64,000 nt of DNA, from the NCBI RefSeq assembly GCF_003019035.1, contig NZ_CP027448.1. One strand, written 5' to 3'. This document shows, piece after piece, positions 30,470-40,851 of this stretch. The stretch comes from Escherichia coli. Lineage in GTDB: Bacteria; Pseudomonadota; Gammaproteobacteria; Enterobacterales; Enterobacteriaceae. Every line of letters begins with the position of its first letter. Position 1 is the stretch's first letter. The position numbers and the translations under genes are program-made. The notes below the pieces were generated by a model. That model searched no databases and was not told where the DNA came from. It was given only the letters and a program-made list of their open reading frames with translations.

Positions 30470-30985
30470 TTAATTAATACGTGGTTTTCCCCATGCAGAC
30501 GGTTTAATAACAAAAAACACACTGGATGGCTGATGATAAACATCCTGATTATCAATATAAGGCGCTATCCATAATGCAGCCGTCTGCTCACCTGTTCTTA
30601 GCGGACGGGGAGGTGTTACCGGCGCAACTGAACTGACCGGAACAACCGTTTTCACTTCCCGGGCAGCGGTAAACAGCGGGCGTGGTGCCAGCAGTTTCTG
30701 CTCCGGATGAGCAGTCACTACAGGCCCGCTGCCGGATGGACTGGCCGTGCTGGCGGCCCGCACCGTGGTTGTCCGGAAGTTCCCTTCAGCCAGGCGCGGC
30801 AGTGATGCCGCAGCCGGCTTTGCATCTGCAGGCTGTTCCAGCTTTTTGGCCTTCTCGTTGGCCTGCTCCATCGTCATACAGGTATCGGATGTGGTGGCGT
30901 TACACTCAAATTCCGTACTGGTTCCGGCACAGCCGGAAAGTAATAAGGTCCCCAGCAGAGGAATAAATAAAGAAATCTGTTTCAT
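30470..30985 (-). CDS. traV: TraV lipoprotein (outer-membrane core complex)
   Basis: 171-aa ORF with lipobox LLSGCAG; F order. Confidence 0.9.
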   Translation of the reverse strand: MKQISLFIPLLGTLLLSGCAGTSTEFECNATTSDTCMTMEQANEKAKKLEQPADAKPAAASLPRLAEGNFRTTTVRAASTASPSGSGPVVTAHPEQKLLAPRPLFTAAREVKTVVPVSSVAPVTPPRPLRTGEQTAALWIAPYIDNQDVYHQPSSVFFVIKPSAWGKPRIN

Positions 30986-31233
30986 TGTCCCTCACCTTTC
31001 TCATCGCAGTTCACAAAATCCTTCTTCAAATCCCTGACCGTACAGGTTTTTACAATGTCAGGATTTTCAAAAACCGTACTCCGTGATGATTTATAAACAT
31101 ATGCCACAATGCGTTTTCCCCCCGCATCAGGTTCTGGTGCACTGACTTCACATAACGGAGGTGTTATTCCGGACTCATACAGCACCGGATAATTTATTTT
31201 TTTGACGCTGCCATCAGAAACCAGCTTATTCAT
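30982..31233 (-). CDS. trbG: TrbG
   Basis: 83-aa ORF upstream of traV; F order and size. Confidence 0.55.
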   Translation of the reverse strand: MNKLVSDGSVKKINYPVLYESGITPPLCEVSAPEPDAGGKRIVAYVYKSSRSTVFENPDIVKTCTVRDLKKDFVNCDEKGEGQ

Positions 31234-31244
31234 CGAAGGGTTCC

Positions 31245-31475
31245 TTATATTTCTGAATTCTTCATCACACCGACAGCAGTCATATTAAAATTGTCCGGCA
31301 ATGACTCAGAACCGAATTTCTCCGGTGCAGGAAGTACGATTCTTGTGGCGCAGTTACTGAGAACAGCATGCATAAAATCATCTGACACGGTTTTACCCGG
31401 CACAGAGAGGGCTGTAATAACATTAATATTACGCATGTTCATTTTTATCTCCGTTGTTTCTGTTTGTTCTGTCAT
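31245..31475 (-). CDS. trbD: TrbD
   Basis: 76-aa ORF between traP and trbG; F order. Confidence 0.55.
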   Translation of the reverse strand: MTEQTETTEIKMNMRNINVITALSVPGKTVSDDFMHAVLSNCATRIVLPAPEKFGSESLPDNFNMTAVGVMKNSEI

Positions 31476-32019
31476 CAGGAAGATAAACAGGGCATTTCCT
31501 GATTTTTCCCGGCAGGGAAGCGTCTTCCGTATAAACTTCCTTCAGATGTTCATCTGCGGTTACCCCCCGGATACATTTCATTTTTCCGGGTCGCACCGGA
31601 TATTTCCCGGTGATCGCTGCCAGCGAGACATACATCAGTGCCAGTGTTGCCCATAATGCGGTGACCAGTTGCATCAGTGACCGGTCAGTCTCCCTGACAT
31701 AATCTGCAGCATCAGCCGCACGGTAATGGCAGATATCCTGTATTTCTGATCTGCCTGAAGAATCAGAGGAAGAAAACCAGCATTCACTGACCGGGAACTG
31801 TCCGGCAGGTGCTGTTTGTCTTACGAAGTTAATCTCCTTAACCAGTAATTTCCCCGGCGTGGTGTTGTCCTTCCATAAAACAAACAGAGCCATCAGGGCC
31901 ATTGTGGCCAGTGGCAGAATGACTGTGTACTTCAGACACCAGAACAGTCCTCGCAGAACCCGGGCGACAACATACCGAGCGGCATGGCACGCCTGACGGG
32001 ACGACATATTATTTGCCAT
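31429..32019 (-). CDS. traP: TraP
   Basis: 196-aa membrane ORF downstream of traB; F order and size. Confidence 0.7.
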   Translation of the reverse strand: MANNMSSRQACHAARYVVARVLRGLFWCLKYTVILPLATMALMALFVLWKDNTTPGKLLVKEINFVRQTAPAGQFPVSECWFSSSDSSGRSEIQDICHYRAADAADYVRETDRSLMQLVTALWATLALMYVSLAAITGKYPVRPGKMKCIRGVTADEHLKEVYTEDASLPGKIRKCPVYLPDDRTNRNNGDKNEHA

Positions 32020-33436
32020 CGTTGCCCCCTCCCTGGCTGCCGGACATAAACTGCTGCGGATTCAGGTTGCCCAGCTGCTTCAGCATCTGGTCAGTATTAA
32101 AGCCGTTAAGATGACTTTCAGCCGATGGCGGAACAGGAACCGGACTTTCCGGATTGTCTTCTTCCGCTCTGCTCTGCGTGCGTTCCAGCGCCATCTCTTC
32201 CACGGTTTTCAGCTGGAAGCCGTCCTGGAACACCACGGTCACTTCGTTGCCCGCACCAATCGGTATCACCGGGTGATACTGTTCGGCACGTTTGATGTAG
32301 TAGTCACTGAGCGTCTGTGCGGCTTTCGATGCGCCGCCACCGATACCCATTTTCAGGACATCACCAGCCCCGTAAGCGGCTGTGGCACCCAGCCCGACAG
32401 CCGGCTGGGAGGCGCGCTCCATTCCCTGACCGATACCGTCAACAAATCCCGCGCCCCATGCCCAGCCGAGGATTTTGCCGTTACGCATCACCACTTCGCC
32501 CTTGATACCGTTTTTACCCCGGAAGCTGACATGCCCCTTAATCGGCATATCAATAGTTTTGCCGTCCTTCAGGCAACTGATATTGCGGGTGCGTACAATG
32601 GCACGCTCACTGGACACATCCCCCCAGGCTTCCAGACCCACAAAACATCCCGTTGCGTCATACGTCTTGCTGTTCGGCATTTCCACCAGGCCGGTGATAC
32701 GCAGCTGCATCGGCACCGTGGATTCATTACCGGTGACAGAGGCATTGGCATCCGCCCCTTCAATCAGCATGGCTTTCGCAAAACTTCCTGACGGAATGTA
32801 CGGCAGTGATGGTCCCTGTTTTCCCTCATTACGGGTAAACACCTTACGCTGTATCCGGTTAGGCACCGGCACAGACTGGTACGTCACCTGTGGTGGTGGC
32901 GTGACACCATTCCCGGGATAAAACGCCGTCGGCGGTGGAACAGCAACGCTGCCCTGCGGCGGGAAGGATACGGGGCTGTTTCCTGGCTGTGGTTCGCCTT
33001 CCGGGCCGGGCGGTGAGGCTGGCATCTGCGGTACTGGCTCACCGGTCGCCGTGACAGGATTAGCACCTAGGGCTTTCACCTGCTCTGCCAGGGCGGCATT
33101 GTCCTGTCCCAGCTTTTCAATACGACGCTGGTCATCACCGCGCTGTTTGTTCAGGACATCCAGCTCGCGACGGATTTCCTCATACTGCTTCTGCATCTGC
33201 GCTGCCGTCACCTGCATCTCTGTGGTGGCATGCTGACGCACCTTGTCATCAAAGGTCGTATCCACCACACCGGTCATATCCGGCACGGGTTCCTGTTCAG
33301 CCACGGCCTCACCGTTACCGGACATGTCCACATCAGACAGATACAGTGCACCACCAATCGCGGAGGCTGTACCGACAACCACAATCCCCAGCCACAGGTA
33401 CTGCTTGCGTTTCACAATGGTATTGATACTGGCCAT
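32009..33436 (-). CDS. traB: TraB (VirB10-like) inner-membrane core protein
   Basis: 475-aa ORF with proline-rich region; F order. Confidence 0.95.
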   Translation of the reverse strand: MASINTIVKRKQYLWLGIVVVGTASAIGGALYLSDVDMSGNGEAVAEQEPVPDMTGVVDTTFDDKVRQHATTEMQVTAAQMQKQYEEIRRELDVLNKQRGDDQRRIEKLGQDNAALAEQVKALGANPVTATGEPVPQMPASPPGPEGEPQPGNSPVSFPPQGSVAVPPPTAFYPGNGVTPPPQVTYQSVPVPNRIQRKVFTRNEGKQGPSLPYIPSGSFAKAMLIEGADANASVTGNESTVPMQLRITGLVEMPNSKTYDATGCFVGLEAWGDVSSERAIVRTRNISCLKDGKTIDMPIKGHVSFRGKNGIKGEVVMRNGKILGWAWGAGFVDGIGQGMERASQPAVGLGATAAYGAGDVLKMGIGGGASKAAQTLSDYYIKRAEQYHPVIPIGAGNEVTVVFQDGFQLKTVEEMALERTQSRAEEDNPESPVPVPPSAESHLNGFNTDQMLKQLGNLNPQQFMSGSQGGGNDGK

Positions 33437-34164
33437 CAGTTGCCCTCCCCGTCACGGATGACATACACATCCATGCGCGCACCTGCCAGTAACTGGCTGG
33501 CAGGCTGGCTGAACATCACGGCACGGGTTCCCGGCTGCCAGAAGTCACTTTCCCGGATATTCAGGGCAGACAGCGTTTTATTTTCCACGGCAAAGCGGAC
33601 CATCTTCAGGTGATTCCCCGTCCATACGGCATCTGCCACTGAAGACAGCCCCGCTGGGGCCTGCAGGGTTTCCTTTGTCACCGGGACCTGATACCAGCCT
33701 GCGGGTAATTTTCCGCCACGGACGGCCTGGCTGATGGTCACAAGCAGGGATTCGTAAGGCGTGGACGTTTCCCACGCACCGGCTTCTTCTCCGGTTCCGC
33801 GCAGGTCACTGACCAGCTGAATGGTACGCCCCGCGCCTTCACGGGGAACGGCCTGAATGGAAAGATTCAGACCACGTTCTGTTTCCAGAATGAACGTAAA
33901 GGGCTTTTTGTTGACGGTGGCAACCACCACACCGCCGGAGGCGGTCTGCTCATTATTGGTCAGGGCACCATCCAGACTGTTCACGGCGATAATCCGGTCA
34001 CCGGGAACGGTAAACAGATTCGGACTGGTATTGCTGATGGCAATACTGGCCTGACCACCGTTCACCATTGGCACCACGGTGGGGGCCAGCGTACCGTTTG
34101 CGGCCATCACGCTGCAGGAAAAAAACAGGCTGCCGAATATTATTGCCGTATTATTTTTTCTCAT
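33436..34164 (-). CDS. traK: TraK (secretin-like/VirB9-like)
   Basis: 242-aa ORF with signal peptide; F order. Confidence 0.9.
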   Translation of the reverse strand: MRKNNTAIIFGSLFFSCSVMAANGTLAPTVVPMVNGGQASIAISNTSPNLFTVPGDRIIAVNSLDGALTNNEQTASGGVVVATVNKKPFTFILETERGLNLSIQAVPREGAGRTIQLVSDLRGTGEEAGAWETSTPYESLLVTISQAVRGGKLPAGWYQVPVTKETLQAPAGLSSVADAVWTGNHLKMVRFAVENKTLSALNIRESDFWQPGTRAVMFSQPASQLLAGARMDVYVIRDGEGN

Positions 34165-34717
34165 CGTCTGTTTCCCCGAAATTATCCAGCCAGGTCACCC
34201 CGTTTTCCCGCTTCAGAATAAGGATGTAATGTTTGATATCAGTGAAAGGTTTTGAATCACCAATCCAGGTTTTAAGCACACCACGAATTTCCACACGGCC
34301 ATACTGAGGCCAGACACGAACACTGGTCTGGAAAAAGGCTGAGTTCACGTTATCGTTTTTAATACGCTTAGCTTCTTCAGCCAGAATAACTTTCATCTGG
34401 TTCTGTGCGCCCGGGCGGATATATTGCAGAAGCGCCTGATGTGAGGCATCGACGGTTTCTGATGAAACATTCAGACGGAGGGCAATAAATGACAGCGCCA
34501 TCTGCTGTAAATAAGAGGCGTCGGCACTGTTCTGTGACACGGCAAAGGGGGCATTAAATGCCATTGGCGTCACGGCAGTGCGTTGCTCATTCTGAAGACG
34601 GTAGTTATTCACCCCCTGAATGACGTTAACAGAGAGGCTGAGAACAATAAGCACTGACATAAATATAAAGGCGATGGCCATTACACGACTGGTACTTAAA
34701 CGGGCACCGTGTTCCAT
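34151..34717 (-). CDS. traE: TraE (VirB5/VirB8-like pilus assembly)
   Basis: 188-aa ORF with N-terminal TM; F order. Confidence 0.9.
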   Translation of the reverse strand: MEHGARLSTSRVMAIAFIFMSVLIVLSLSVNVIQGVNNYRLQNEQRTAVTPMAFNAPFAVSQNSADASYLQQMALSFIALRLNVSSETVDASHQALLQYIRPGAQNQMKVILAEEAKRIKNDNVNSAFFQTSVRVWPQYGRVEIRGVLKTWIGDSKPFTDIKHYILILKRENGVTWLDNFGETDDEKK

Positions 34718-34738
34718 ATAACAATCCTGGTATCAGTT

Positions 34739-35050
34739 CTATTTAATCCACTGCCGGAAACACGAATCGGGAACATTATGAAAAATACCGCGCAGCAGGG
34801 CTGTTGGCATATACCAGTAAATCAGGTCTCGTAACCAGGAACTGCCCCGCCCTTTTTTCAGTTTTTTAATCCCGAAATAAACCAGAACCGCTGCACCAAT
34901 ACCGAACAGATATTTCGATGTTGTGATACCCCAGCCAATACAGATTGCTGCGGGGATCAGTTCATCCAGTGGCAGGCCAAACCAGCGGCTCTGGTTGGTC
35001 AGTGTTTCCGGGAAACGATATTTCTTAAGTTTATTCTCGTCTCCCGACAT
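34739..35050 (-). CDS. traL: TraL (VirB3-like)
   Basis: 103-aa membrane ORF between traA and traE. Confidence 0.85.
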
Positions 35051-35064
35051 CGTTTTATTTCCTG

Positions 35065-35430
35065 TCAGAGGCCAACGACGGCCATACCCACAGCAATAAA
35101 TACAGAGATGATGGCAAAACCGGCCAGGAACTTGACGTTTTTGGTCATCATGTACATGACAGCACCGACCAGAACTTCAGCCAGAACAACCCATTTAACA
35201 ACACTGGAGTCCTTACCGAAGGTCGCCTTAACCGTGGTGTTACCGCTTGCCATCAGGTCCTGACCACTGCTACCGGCGGCCATCGCCAGCTGCGGGAAGA
35301 ACATCATCAGAACAGCAGCCGGGATCACAGCGCGAGCCAGGCGAAGTATATTCAGACGAGTGAATTTGGAAAAAAACGATTTCTTTTTGACGGGCGAAGA
35401 AGCACCCTGAACACTTAAAACGGCGTCCAT
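35065..35430 (-). CDS. traA: TraA propilin (F-pilin)
   Basis: 121-aa [85 protein letters not shown]..., matching F-type propilin. Confidence 0.95.
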
Positions 35431-35463
35431 ATGATTCCTCTGTTTAATATTGATAGATAAAAA

Positions 35464-35691
35464 CTAAAGTTCTTTAAATGTTGACTCGCTCTCTTCGGTC
35501 ACCTCCCTGAATATTTCTTCGTTATAGAAATCAGGAAACCGTTTCAGATGATCTCTGAGACGGATCTGGACTTCTATCGTTTTACTTCTTCCACTACGAT
35601 CTTTGGCCTTAATAAGTCGGTTATTTGTATCCTCATCGAGATACACCGAGACCGTTCTGCTTATACCGCCTCTCGCGTTACGCCTCCTCAC
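35464..35691 (-). CDS. traY: TraY relaxosome accessory protein (ribbon-helix-helix)
   Basis: R100-type TraY sequence RRRNARGGISRTVSVYLDEDTNNRLIKAKDRSGRSKTIEVQIRLRDHLKRF...; probable GTG start at 35691, track ORF extends to 35784. Confidence 0.75.
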   Translation of the reverse strand: MRRRNARGGISRTVSVYLDEDTNNRLIKAKDRSGRSKTIEVQIRLRDHLKRFPDFYNEEIFREVTEESESTFKEL

Positions 35692-35784
35692 TAAATTCAC
35701 CTCTGTTTCCCGACTAATAAAATTATGATTGCACAGAAATCGGCGAAAAAAAACACGCCAAAATTGGCGTGTCTTATTTAACAT

Positions 35785-36471
35785 TTATTTAACACCATAA
35801 AATTCACGAATTATACTTAATAGCGAATCTATTTCTCCTTTATATATACATGACACTCTGAATAAATCAAAGTGTTCAAAAAACTCTTTTATTTTCCGTT
35901 TAACTGGTTTAATTCGATCCTCAGATGCTCTGTCTGTAATACCCAATTCTCTGGCAATTGTTGCGTGACCAACACCCAGCATATAAAAAGAGAAAACAAC
36001 CAATGTTCCTGGAGAAAGATCATTCCATATCGTTAATTGACCAGAAGTATTTGTATTACTTACACTCTGATTTAACGCAAAAAATGGATAATCAGGAAAC
36101 GGATTAATTTGCCATAAAACAACAGATTCGTCATTATAAAAAGAAACATTCTCCATCCTTATCTGATAGATTTCGCCATGAAAATTAAAACGACGACAAA
36201 ATGCAGAGCCATGTCCAAGAGCCTGGCATTCCAGTTCAAGTGATGAAAGAAAAATTTCAACCTGCAGACGTATATAACTCTCTCCGGATAAAGGTTTATC
36301 TTCTCTGGAAAAGAGTTCAATAAAAGCCCCATTGGCATAAAGGATTTTCCGGTTTTTGTTACGGACACAAACCGGAACGGGAGAATTTCTGTAGATATTC
36401 TGAACGTTAAGGATGTATTTATTTACAGATTGACTGTTTAGTGGCCTTTCTCTACGATCCAGCGCACACAT
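35785..36471 (-). CDS. traJ: TraJ transfer-operon transcriptional activator
   Basis: ORF contains [38 protein letters not shown]..., which I recognise as an R100-type TraJ allele; GGAGG Shine-Dalgarno before the ATG at 36471. Confidence 0.8.
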   Translation of the reverse strand: MCALDRRERPLNSQSVNKYILNVQNIYRNSPVPVCVRNKNRKILYANGAFIELFSREDKPLSGESYIRLQVEIFLSSLELECQALGHGSAFCRRFNFHGEIYQIRMENVSFYNDESVVLWQINPFPDYPFFALNQSVSNTNTSGQLTIWNDLSPGTLVVFSFYMLGVGHATIARELGITDRASEDRIKPVKRKIKEFFEHFDLFRVSCIYKGEIDSLLSIIREFYGVK

Positions 36472-36540
36472 AGGAACCTCCAGTAAGGATTCTATGGACA
36501 GTCGATGCAGGGAGTTACAGCTCCCTGCATCGGCGATTTT
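36466..36540 (+). ncRNA. finP: FinP antisense RNA
   Basis: Plus-strand sequence antisense to the traJ RBS and start, with stem-loop gatgcagggag-ttacag-ctccctgcatc followed by ggcgatttt; ends approximate. Confidence 0.55.
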
Positions 36541-36660
36541 CAGTTTCAATTTTTAACGTGGTATTAACCACATAATTAATATACTAATTATCTGACGTAT
36601 TGTCATCTTTTTGAATCATAAAAATTCTTATATTTGAACCAACTCAAACTTCATTTTCAT

Positions 36661-37044
36661 TTATTCATCATCATTTTTTGGGAAAAACCGGTCCATCTCA
36701 ACAGACACTTTCTCTCTGATATCGTCAACCATACTGGCATATTCAAACTTCGGGTTTCCGGAGACATGAGGACTGAGAGACTCAATACCTAAAATTTTCG
36801 CTACTGATGATTGTGTTTTTACAACGCATTCAAGAAGTAATTTATTAAACTCAGTCTGATTAAATGCAGACTCTTTACGCTCCATCTGAGCGTCATATAC
36901 ACGGAGCCCTAATTCAAGAAGCATTGAAGCAGTTCCTGAAAGGCTTATATCTTTATCTCTTGCTCCCTCCTGACGACGCTTTTCAACAATCATGTTAATT
37001 TTTTCATGAACCTCATTACTGATATACAGATTTACTCTGGCCAT
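36661..37044 (-). CDS. traM: TraM relaxosome protein
   Basis: 127-aa ORF MARVNLYISNEVHEKINMIVEKRRQEGARDKDISLSGTASMLLELGLRVY..., matching F-like TraM. Confidence 0.9.
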   Translation of the reverse strand: MARVNLYISNEVHEKINMIVEKRRQEGARDKDISLSGTASMLLELGLRVYDAQMERKESAFNQTEFNKLLLECVVKTQSSVAKILGIESLSPHVSGNPKFEYASMVDDIREKVSVEMDRFFPKNDDE

Positions 37045-37120
37045 AAGACAGTACCTTTTAGATTCTGAAATAAGAGTTTTATTTCATCTACTCATAGTAT
37101 GGTCTGAAAAAATAAGAGCA

Positions 37121-37176
37121 CCCCTAGCAGCGCCCCTAGGGGCATACTATAAAAAAACGCACGGCGCTGCTAGGGG
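37121..37176. promoter_or_regulatory. 14-bp inverted repeat pair flanking a palindromic core upstream of traM; candidate TraM autoregulatory/relaxosome binding sites
   Basis: cccctagcagcgcc (37121..37134) and its exact reverse complement ggcgctgctagggg (37163..37176), with cccctagggg at 37133..37142. Confidence 0.4.
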
Positions 37177-37220
37177 CGGCCCTAATATATCCAAATGTTT
37201 TTCATGAAAATTGTCAAAAC

Positions 37221-37272
37221 TGACCCTAACAAGGGTCGTCATAGGGTCGTTATAGGGTCGTCAACGACCCTA
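37221..37272. promoter_or_regulatory. Three phased direct repeats (agggtcgt at 11-bp spacing) plus an inverted copy; candidate accessory-protein binding sites in oriT
   Basis: agggtcgt at 37232, 37243 and 37254, followed by caacgaccct; spacing of one helical turn. Confidence 0.4.
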
Positions 37273-37344
37273 TTTAATAATGTAAAATAAATTAAAATAC
37301 ATTATTTAGAACATAAACTAATGATTTAAAAAACAAATCAGCAA

Positions 37345-37400
37345 AAACTTGTTTTTGCGTGGGGTGTGGTGCTTTTGGTGGTGAGAATCACCAACCTGTT
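37345..37400 (+). other. oriT: oriT nic region (F-type relaxase site)
   Basis: tttgcgtggggtgt|ggtgcttttggtggtgag matches the F-family nic motif as I remember it, with the adjacent inverted repeat ggtggtga/tcaccaacc; lies between traM and gene X. Confidence 0.8.
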
Positions 37401-37458
37401 GAGCCTTTTTGTGGAGTTGGTTAAATTATTTACGGATAAAGTCACCAGAGGTGGAAAA

Positions 37459-37968
37459 ATGAAAAAATGGATGTTAGCCATCTGCTTGATGTTTATAAAT
37501 GAGATCTGCCATGCCACTGATTGCTTTGATCTTGCAGGCTGGGATTACAAAATAGATCCTGATTTACTGAGAGCAATATCATGGAAAGAATCCCGTTACC
37601 GGGTTAATGCCATCGGTATTAATCCGGTAACGGGATATGGCAGCGGACTGATGCAGGTAGATTCCCAGCATTTTAACGAACTGGCCCGCTACGGAATTAA
37701 GCCAGAACATCTGACAACAGATCCCTGCATGAACATTTATACCGGTGCTTATTATCTGGCAATAGCATTTAAAAAATGGGGCGTCACCTGGGAGGCCGTT
37801 GGTGCATACAATGCAGGATTCAGGAAATCCGAACGCCAGAACCAGAGACGTCTTGCCTACGCATCAGAGGTTTACCGGATTTATACCGGGATAAAAAGCA
37901 GTAAAGGTATCCGGCTTCCGGCCACGAAGAAATCACTTCCGGAAATTAACAGCGTGCAGAACAATTAA
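37459..37968 (+). CDS. Gene X / Orf169 lytic transglycosylase
   Basis: ORF contains [57 protein letters not shown]..., matching F orf169; start set at the internal Met, track ORF starts at 37366. Confidence 0.9.
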   Translation: MKKWMLAICLMFINEICHATDCFDLAGWDYKIDPDLLRAISWKESRYRVNAIGINPVTGYGSGLMQVDSQHFNELARYGIKPEHLTTDPCMNIYTGAYYLAIAFKKWGVTWEAVGAYNAGFRKSERQNQRRLAYASEVYRIYTGIKSSKGIRLPATKKSLPEINSVQNN

Positions 37969-38220
37969 TCTTACAGATATTGTCAGATACCGGTTATGCC
38001 GCAAAAGCGGCATGGAAGGCCACACACAAAAATATCATATGAGTGACAATACTGACTGGCCGAAGCCCCGCGAAGAGGTAACCCATCTTATATATACCCG
38101 GTAACTGCGCAGCCTCCTGCCAGACCATTTTTCGCGGGCACAATATTTACAGACAACCGGAAATCCGGTCGATGAAATTGAGGTATATCAGACGACACAG
38201 CAATGCCGAAAAATGATAAT

Positions 38221-38260
38221 ATAAGTAAAGCCCCGAAAAATTTTTCGGGGCTTTACTTAT
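38221..38260. terminator. 40-bp perfect palindrome, candidate bidirectional terminator between convergent genes
   Basis: ataagtaaagccccgaaaaa|tttttcggggctttacttat; GC stem with A/T runs on both sides. Confidence 0.6.
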
Positions 38261-38378
38261 ATTATCATGACTTCCACTTTCTGAACTGTTCGGCAATCAC
38301 CCATAACGCCTTGTTGATTCTTATATCACCATCAATACCTGTAATGGCTCTTGTCCTGGTATTTTTCCCGGAGGCACT

Positions 38379-39167
38379 TCACCCCGATAATCCACCTTTT
38401 ATCATATTCTCCTGAACCCGCTGCCAGGTTGTCCAGAGATCGTTCTGTTTGTCTTCCCGACGACGGGGAGTAATTATCTGTTCAGGTGTCACTGGCGTTT
38501 TATTTTCATCTTCATACCTGACCATCAGTGCAGCTCTGCCAAATAAATGTTGCTCGTCACTGTTAAGATGAATTTCTTTCATCGCCTCCATATTATCAGT
38601 GACCTTATCAAAGACACCGAGCACTTCATACGCTCCCTCGATAACCTGCCCGACAATATCACCTTTATGTGGAACGCGGATTTCGCCAAAATTATTTCCG
38701 CACACCAGGCCATTTGTGCAGACAAAACGAAAAATTCCGGGGATCATCTGATAACTGGATGAACCATCATGTGAATTAAGCAGGATAATTTCAGGAGCTT
38801 CCTGTCCGTTAATATGCCCTTCCCTGCGAAGACGTAACATATGTTTACTGTATTCGCGACGTCCCAAATCACGAACCCGACTCTGACAGGCAAAGAATGG
38901 CTGGAAACCTTCATCACGTAACTTATTGATGATATTGATTGTTGGAATATACGTATAACGTTCACTCCGGGACTCATGTTTATCACCGGAAAATACCGAA
39001 GGCACGAACTGCATTAATTCATCATCCGTTAAAGGACGTTCACGGCGGATGGAATTATACCGACCAAAACGGGAAGCTAATCGCATAACAGCTACTCCTT
39101 TATGAAAGAATAAATTTAATAAAAAATTTTTCCGCTTAATATCATCCCCCCTGATCTCCATTAACAA
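38379..39167 (-). CDS. Leading-region protein, DUF932-like
   Basis: 262-aa ORF convergent with gene X, the position of F orf273; family assignment from memory only. Confidence 0.6.
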   Translation of the reverse strand: MLMEIRGDDIKRKNFLLNLFFHKGVAVMRLASRFGRYNSIRRERPLTDDELMQFVPSVFSGDKHESRSERYTYIPTINIINKLRDEGFQPFFACQSRVRDLGRREYSKHMLRLRREGHINGQEAPEIILLNSHDGSSSYQMIPGIFRFVCTNGLVCGNNFGEIRVPHKGDIVGQVIEGAYEVLGVFDKVTDNMEAMKEIHLNSDEQHLFGRAALMVRYEDENKTPVTPEQIITPRRREDKQNDLWTTWQRVQENMIKGGLSG

Positions 39168-39204
39168 GATTGCAACAATCAGGAGGGATATTCATCACAT
39201 CCGG

Positions 39205-39492
39205 TCAGCAGATCGCCCGGATATCGAGGCCGGCACGCTTAATCTGACGCAGGAACTGTTTGAAGTGATCGGCTTCCGCAATGTTGATATGGCGGAACTG
39301 CTTATCCACACCCTGACTGAGCGCGTAGCTATAACTGAAGGCCATCTTTTCCGGGTGGCTTTTGCGATATTTTTTCAGCTCAGTCAGGCTGCTGAATTCC
39401 AGGACGTCCCACTCTTCCCTGGTGTTTTTTTTCTTCCCGGCAACAAGAAGCGTGTACGACGCGGTGTTAACGTGGATATTTCGGGTACTCAT
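39205..39492 (-). CDS. Leading-region protein, DUF905-like
   Basis: 95-aa ORF directly downstream of repeat copy 1, with GGAG Shine-Dalgarno; family assignment from memory only. Confidence 0.55.
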   Translation of the reverse strand: MSTRNIHVNTASYTLLVAGKKKNTREEWDVLEFSSLTELKKYRKSHPEKMAFSYSYALSQGVDKQFRHINIAEADHFKQFLRQIKRAGLDIRAIC

Positions 39493-39514
39493 CCTGCTTT
39501 CTCCTCTCTCTGGT

Positions 39515-40142
39515 TTTCAGCCCCCATCATCTTTTGAGTTTCGGGAGCCGCGGTTTTGACGTTTTGCGGGGACCTGCCTTTTGTTCCCTCCGGTATTCAC
39601 CATCACCTTTTTGAGAACCTTCGCCGCAAGGGGCATCACTGCCACGGACGGAAACGACTGTCCGGGGGCAGACCGCAAAAGTTTTTGCCTGCTTTTGAGC
39701 AAAAAGTTTTGCGGGATGTACATTTCACCCCTGGACTGGCGGAGACGGTTGTGGCTGTATCAGCCCCCGGCGACAGGGGCTTAAACAGGTGAATGGCACC
39801 GGACAGAACAACGGGCAGGGACCCGCCGCAACGACGTGAAGCGCGGTTTGCGAAACGGCGTTGCCCCTTACATCCCGGCGGCCTTTTGCCGGGATGCCGG
39901 GAGCGCAGGCCACGGCGCGACAGAGGCGGCGCGACCGGAACGGTCGCTGCAAGCCCGGGGTTTTCACGCATCGGACCGTAGCGACAGCCCGAAACCGCGC
40001 CAGCGGGTTCGGCGGAGACTGGCAGGTGCGCCAGCAGCTGCCTGTCGGAGTCGGGCCTGACGACCGGATGCCGCCAAGCAGCCGGGAGCCGAAGGTGCGC
40101 CCGGCAGATAGGACAACACTGCAGTAGTCAGAATCAGAGCAG
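39515..40142 (-). repeat. Frpo/ssi-like structured repeat, copy 1
   Basis: About 620-bp GC-rich block shared with 44936..45565 and 48265..48880, each directly upstream of a minus-strand gene set. Confidence 0.7.
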
Positions 40143-40413
40143 AAAGAAAAAGAGAATAATCACAGGGAAGGTGATGTGATTTCTGACAGGCCATAACCAG
40201 AGAAGGCGGGGGAAAAGAACGGGCGCCGCAGGCGCGCGTTCATCCCCGTTCCTGAAGGGAAACGACCTTCCTGAAGTCAGGTTGTTCATGCCCGTACAAC
40301 ATCAGCAAGGAGAAAGGGGCTACCGGCGAACCAGCAGCCCCTTTATAAAGGCGCTTCAGTAGTCAGACCAGCATCAGTCCTGAAAAGGCGGGCCTGCGCC
40401 CGCCTCCAGGTTG

Positions 40414-40572
40414 CTACTTACCGGATTCGTAAGCCATGAAAGCCGCCACCTCCCTGTGTCCGTCTCTGTAACGAATCTCGCACAGCGATTTTCGTGTCAG
40501 ATAAGTGAATATCAACAGTGTGAGACACACGATCAACACACACCAGACAAGGGAACTTCGTGGTAGTTTCAT
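40414..40572 (-). CDS. hok: Hok-family membrane toxin
   Basis: Manual minus-strand translation gives [52 protein letters not shown]. Confidence 0.9.
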   Translation of the reverse strand: MKLPRSSLVWCVLIVCLTLLIFTYLTRKSLCEIRYRDGHREVAAFMAYESGK

Positions 40573-40630
40573 GGCCTTCTTCTCCTTGCGCAAAGCGCGG
40601 TAAGAGGCTATCCTGATGTGGACTAGACAT
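40418..40630 (-). CDS. mok: Mok (modulation of killing) overlapping reading frame
   Basis: 70-aa ORF overlapping hok in another frame, the canonical hok/mok arrangement. Confidence 0.65.
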   Translation of the reverse strand: MSSPHQDSLLPRFAQGEEGHETTTKFPCLVCVDRVSHTVDIHLSDTKIAVRDSLQRRTQGGGGFHGLRIR

Positions 40631-40670
40631 AGGGATGCCTCGTGGTGGTTAATGAAAATTAACTTACTAC
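40600..40670 (+). ncRNA. sok: Sok-like antisense RNA (approximate)
   Basis: Inferred from hok/sok architecture, antisense to the mok start region; boundaries not resolved. Confidence 0.3.
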
Positions 40671-40851
40671 GGGGCTATCTTCTTTCTGCCACACAACACG
40701 GCAACAAACCACCTTCACGTCATGAGGCAGAAAGCCTCAAGCGCCGGGCACATCATAGCCCATATACCTGCACGCTGACCACACTCACTTTCCCTGAAAA
40801 TAATCCGCTCATTCAGACCGTTCACGGGAAATCCGTGTGATTGTTGCCGCA

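Noticed and set aside
35464-36549. Track start codons for traY (35784) and traJ (36549)
   Set aside because: Family N-termini begin further in (GTG for TraY; MCALDRR for TraJ with a GGAGG RBS); the longer frames would overlap the FinP/traJ leader region.
39636-40194. Many 60-110 aa ORFs on both strands inside repeat copy 1 (and the matching sets at 44979..45626 and 48295..48864)
   Set aside because: They fall inside a GC-rich, highly structured, thrice-repeated non-coding element and overlap each other in all frames; arginine/proline-rich translations are typical of GC-rich noise.
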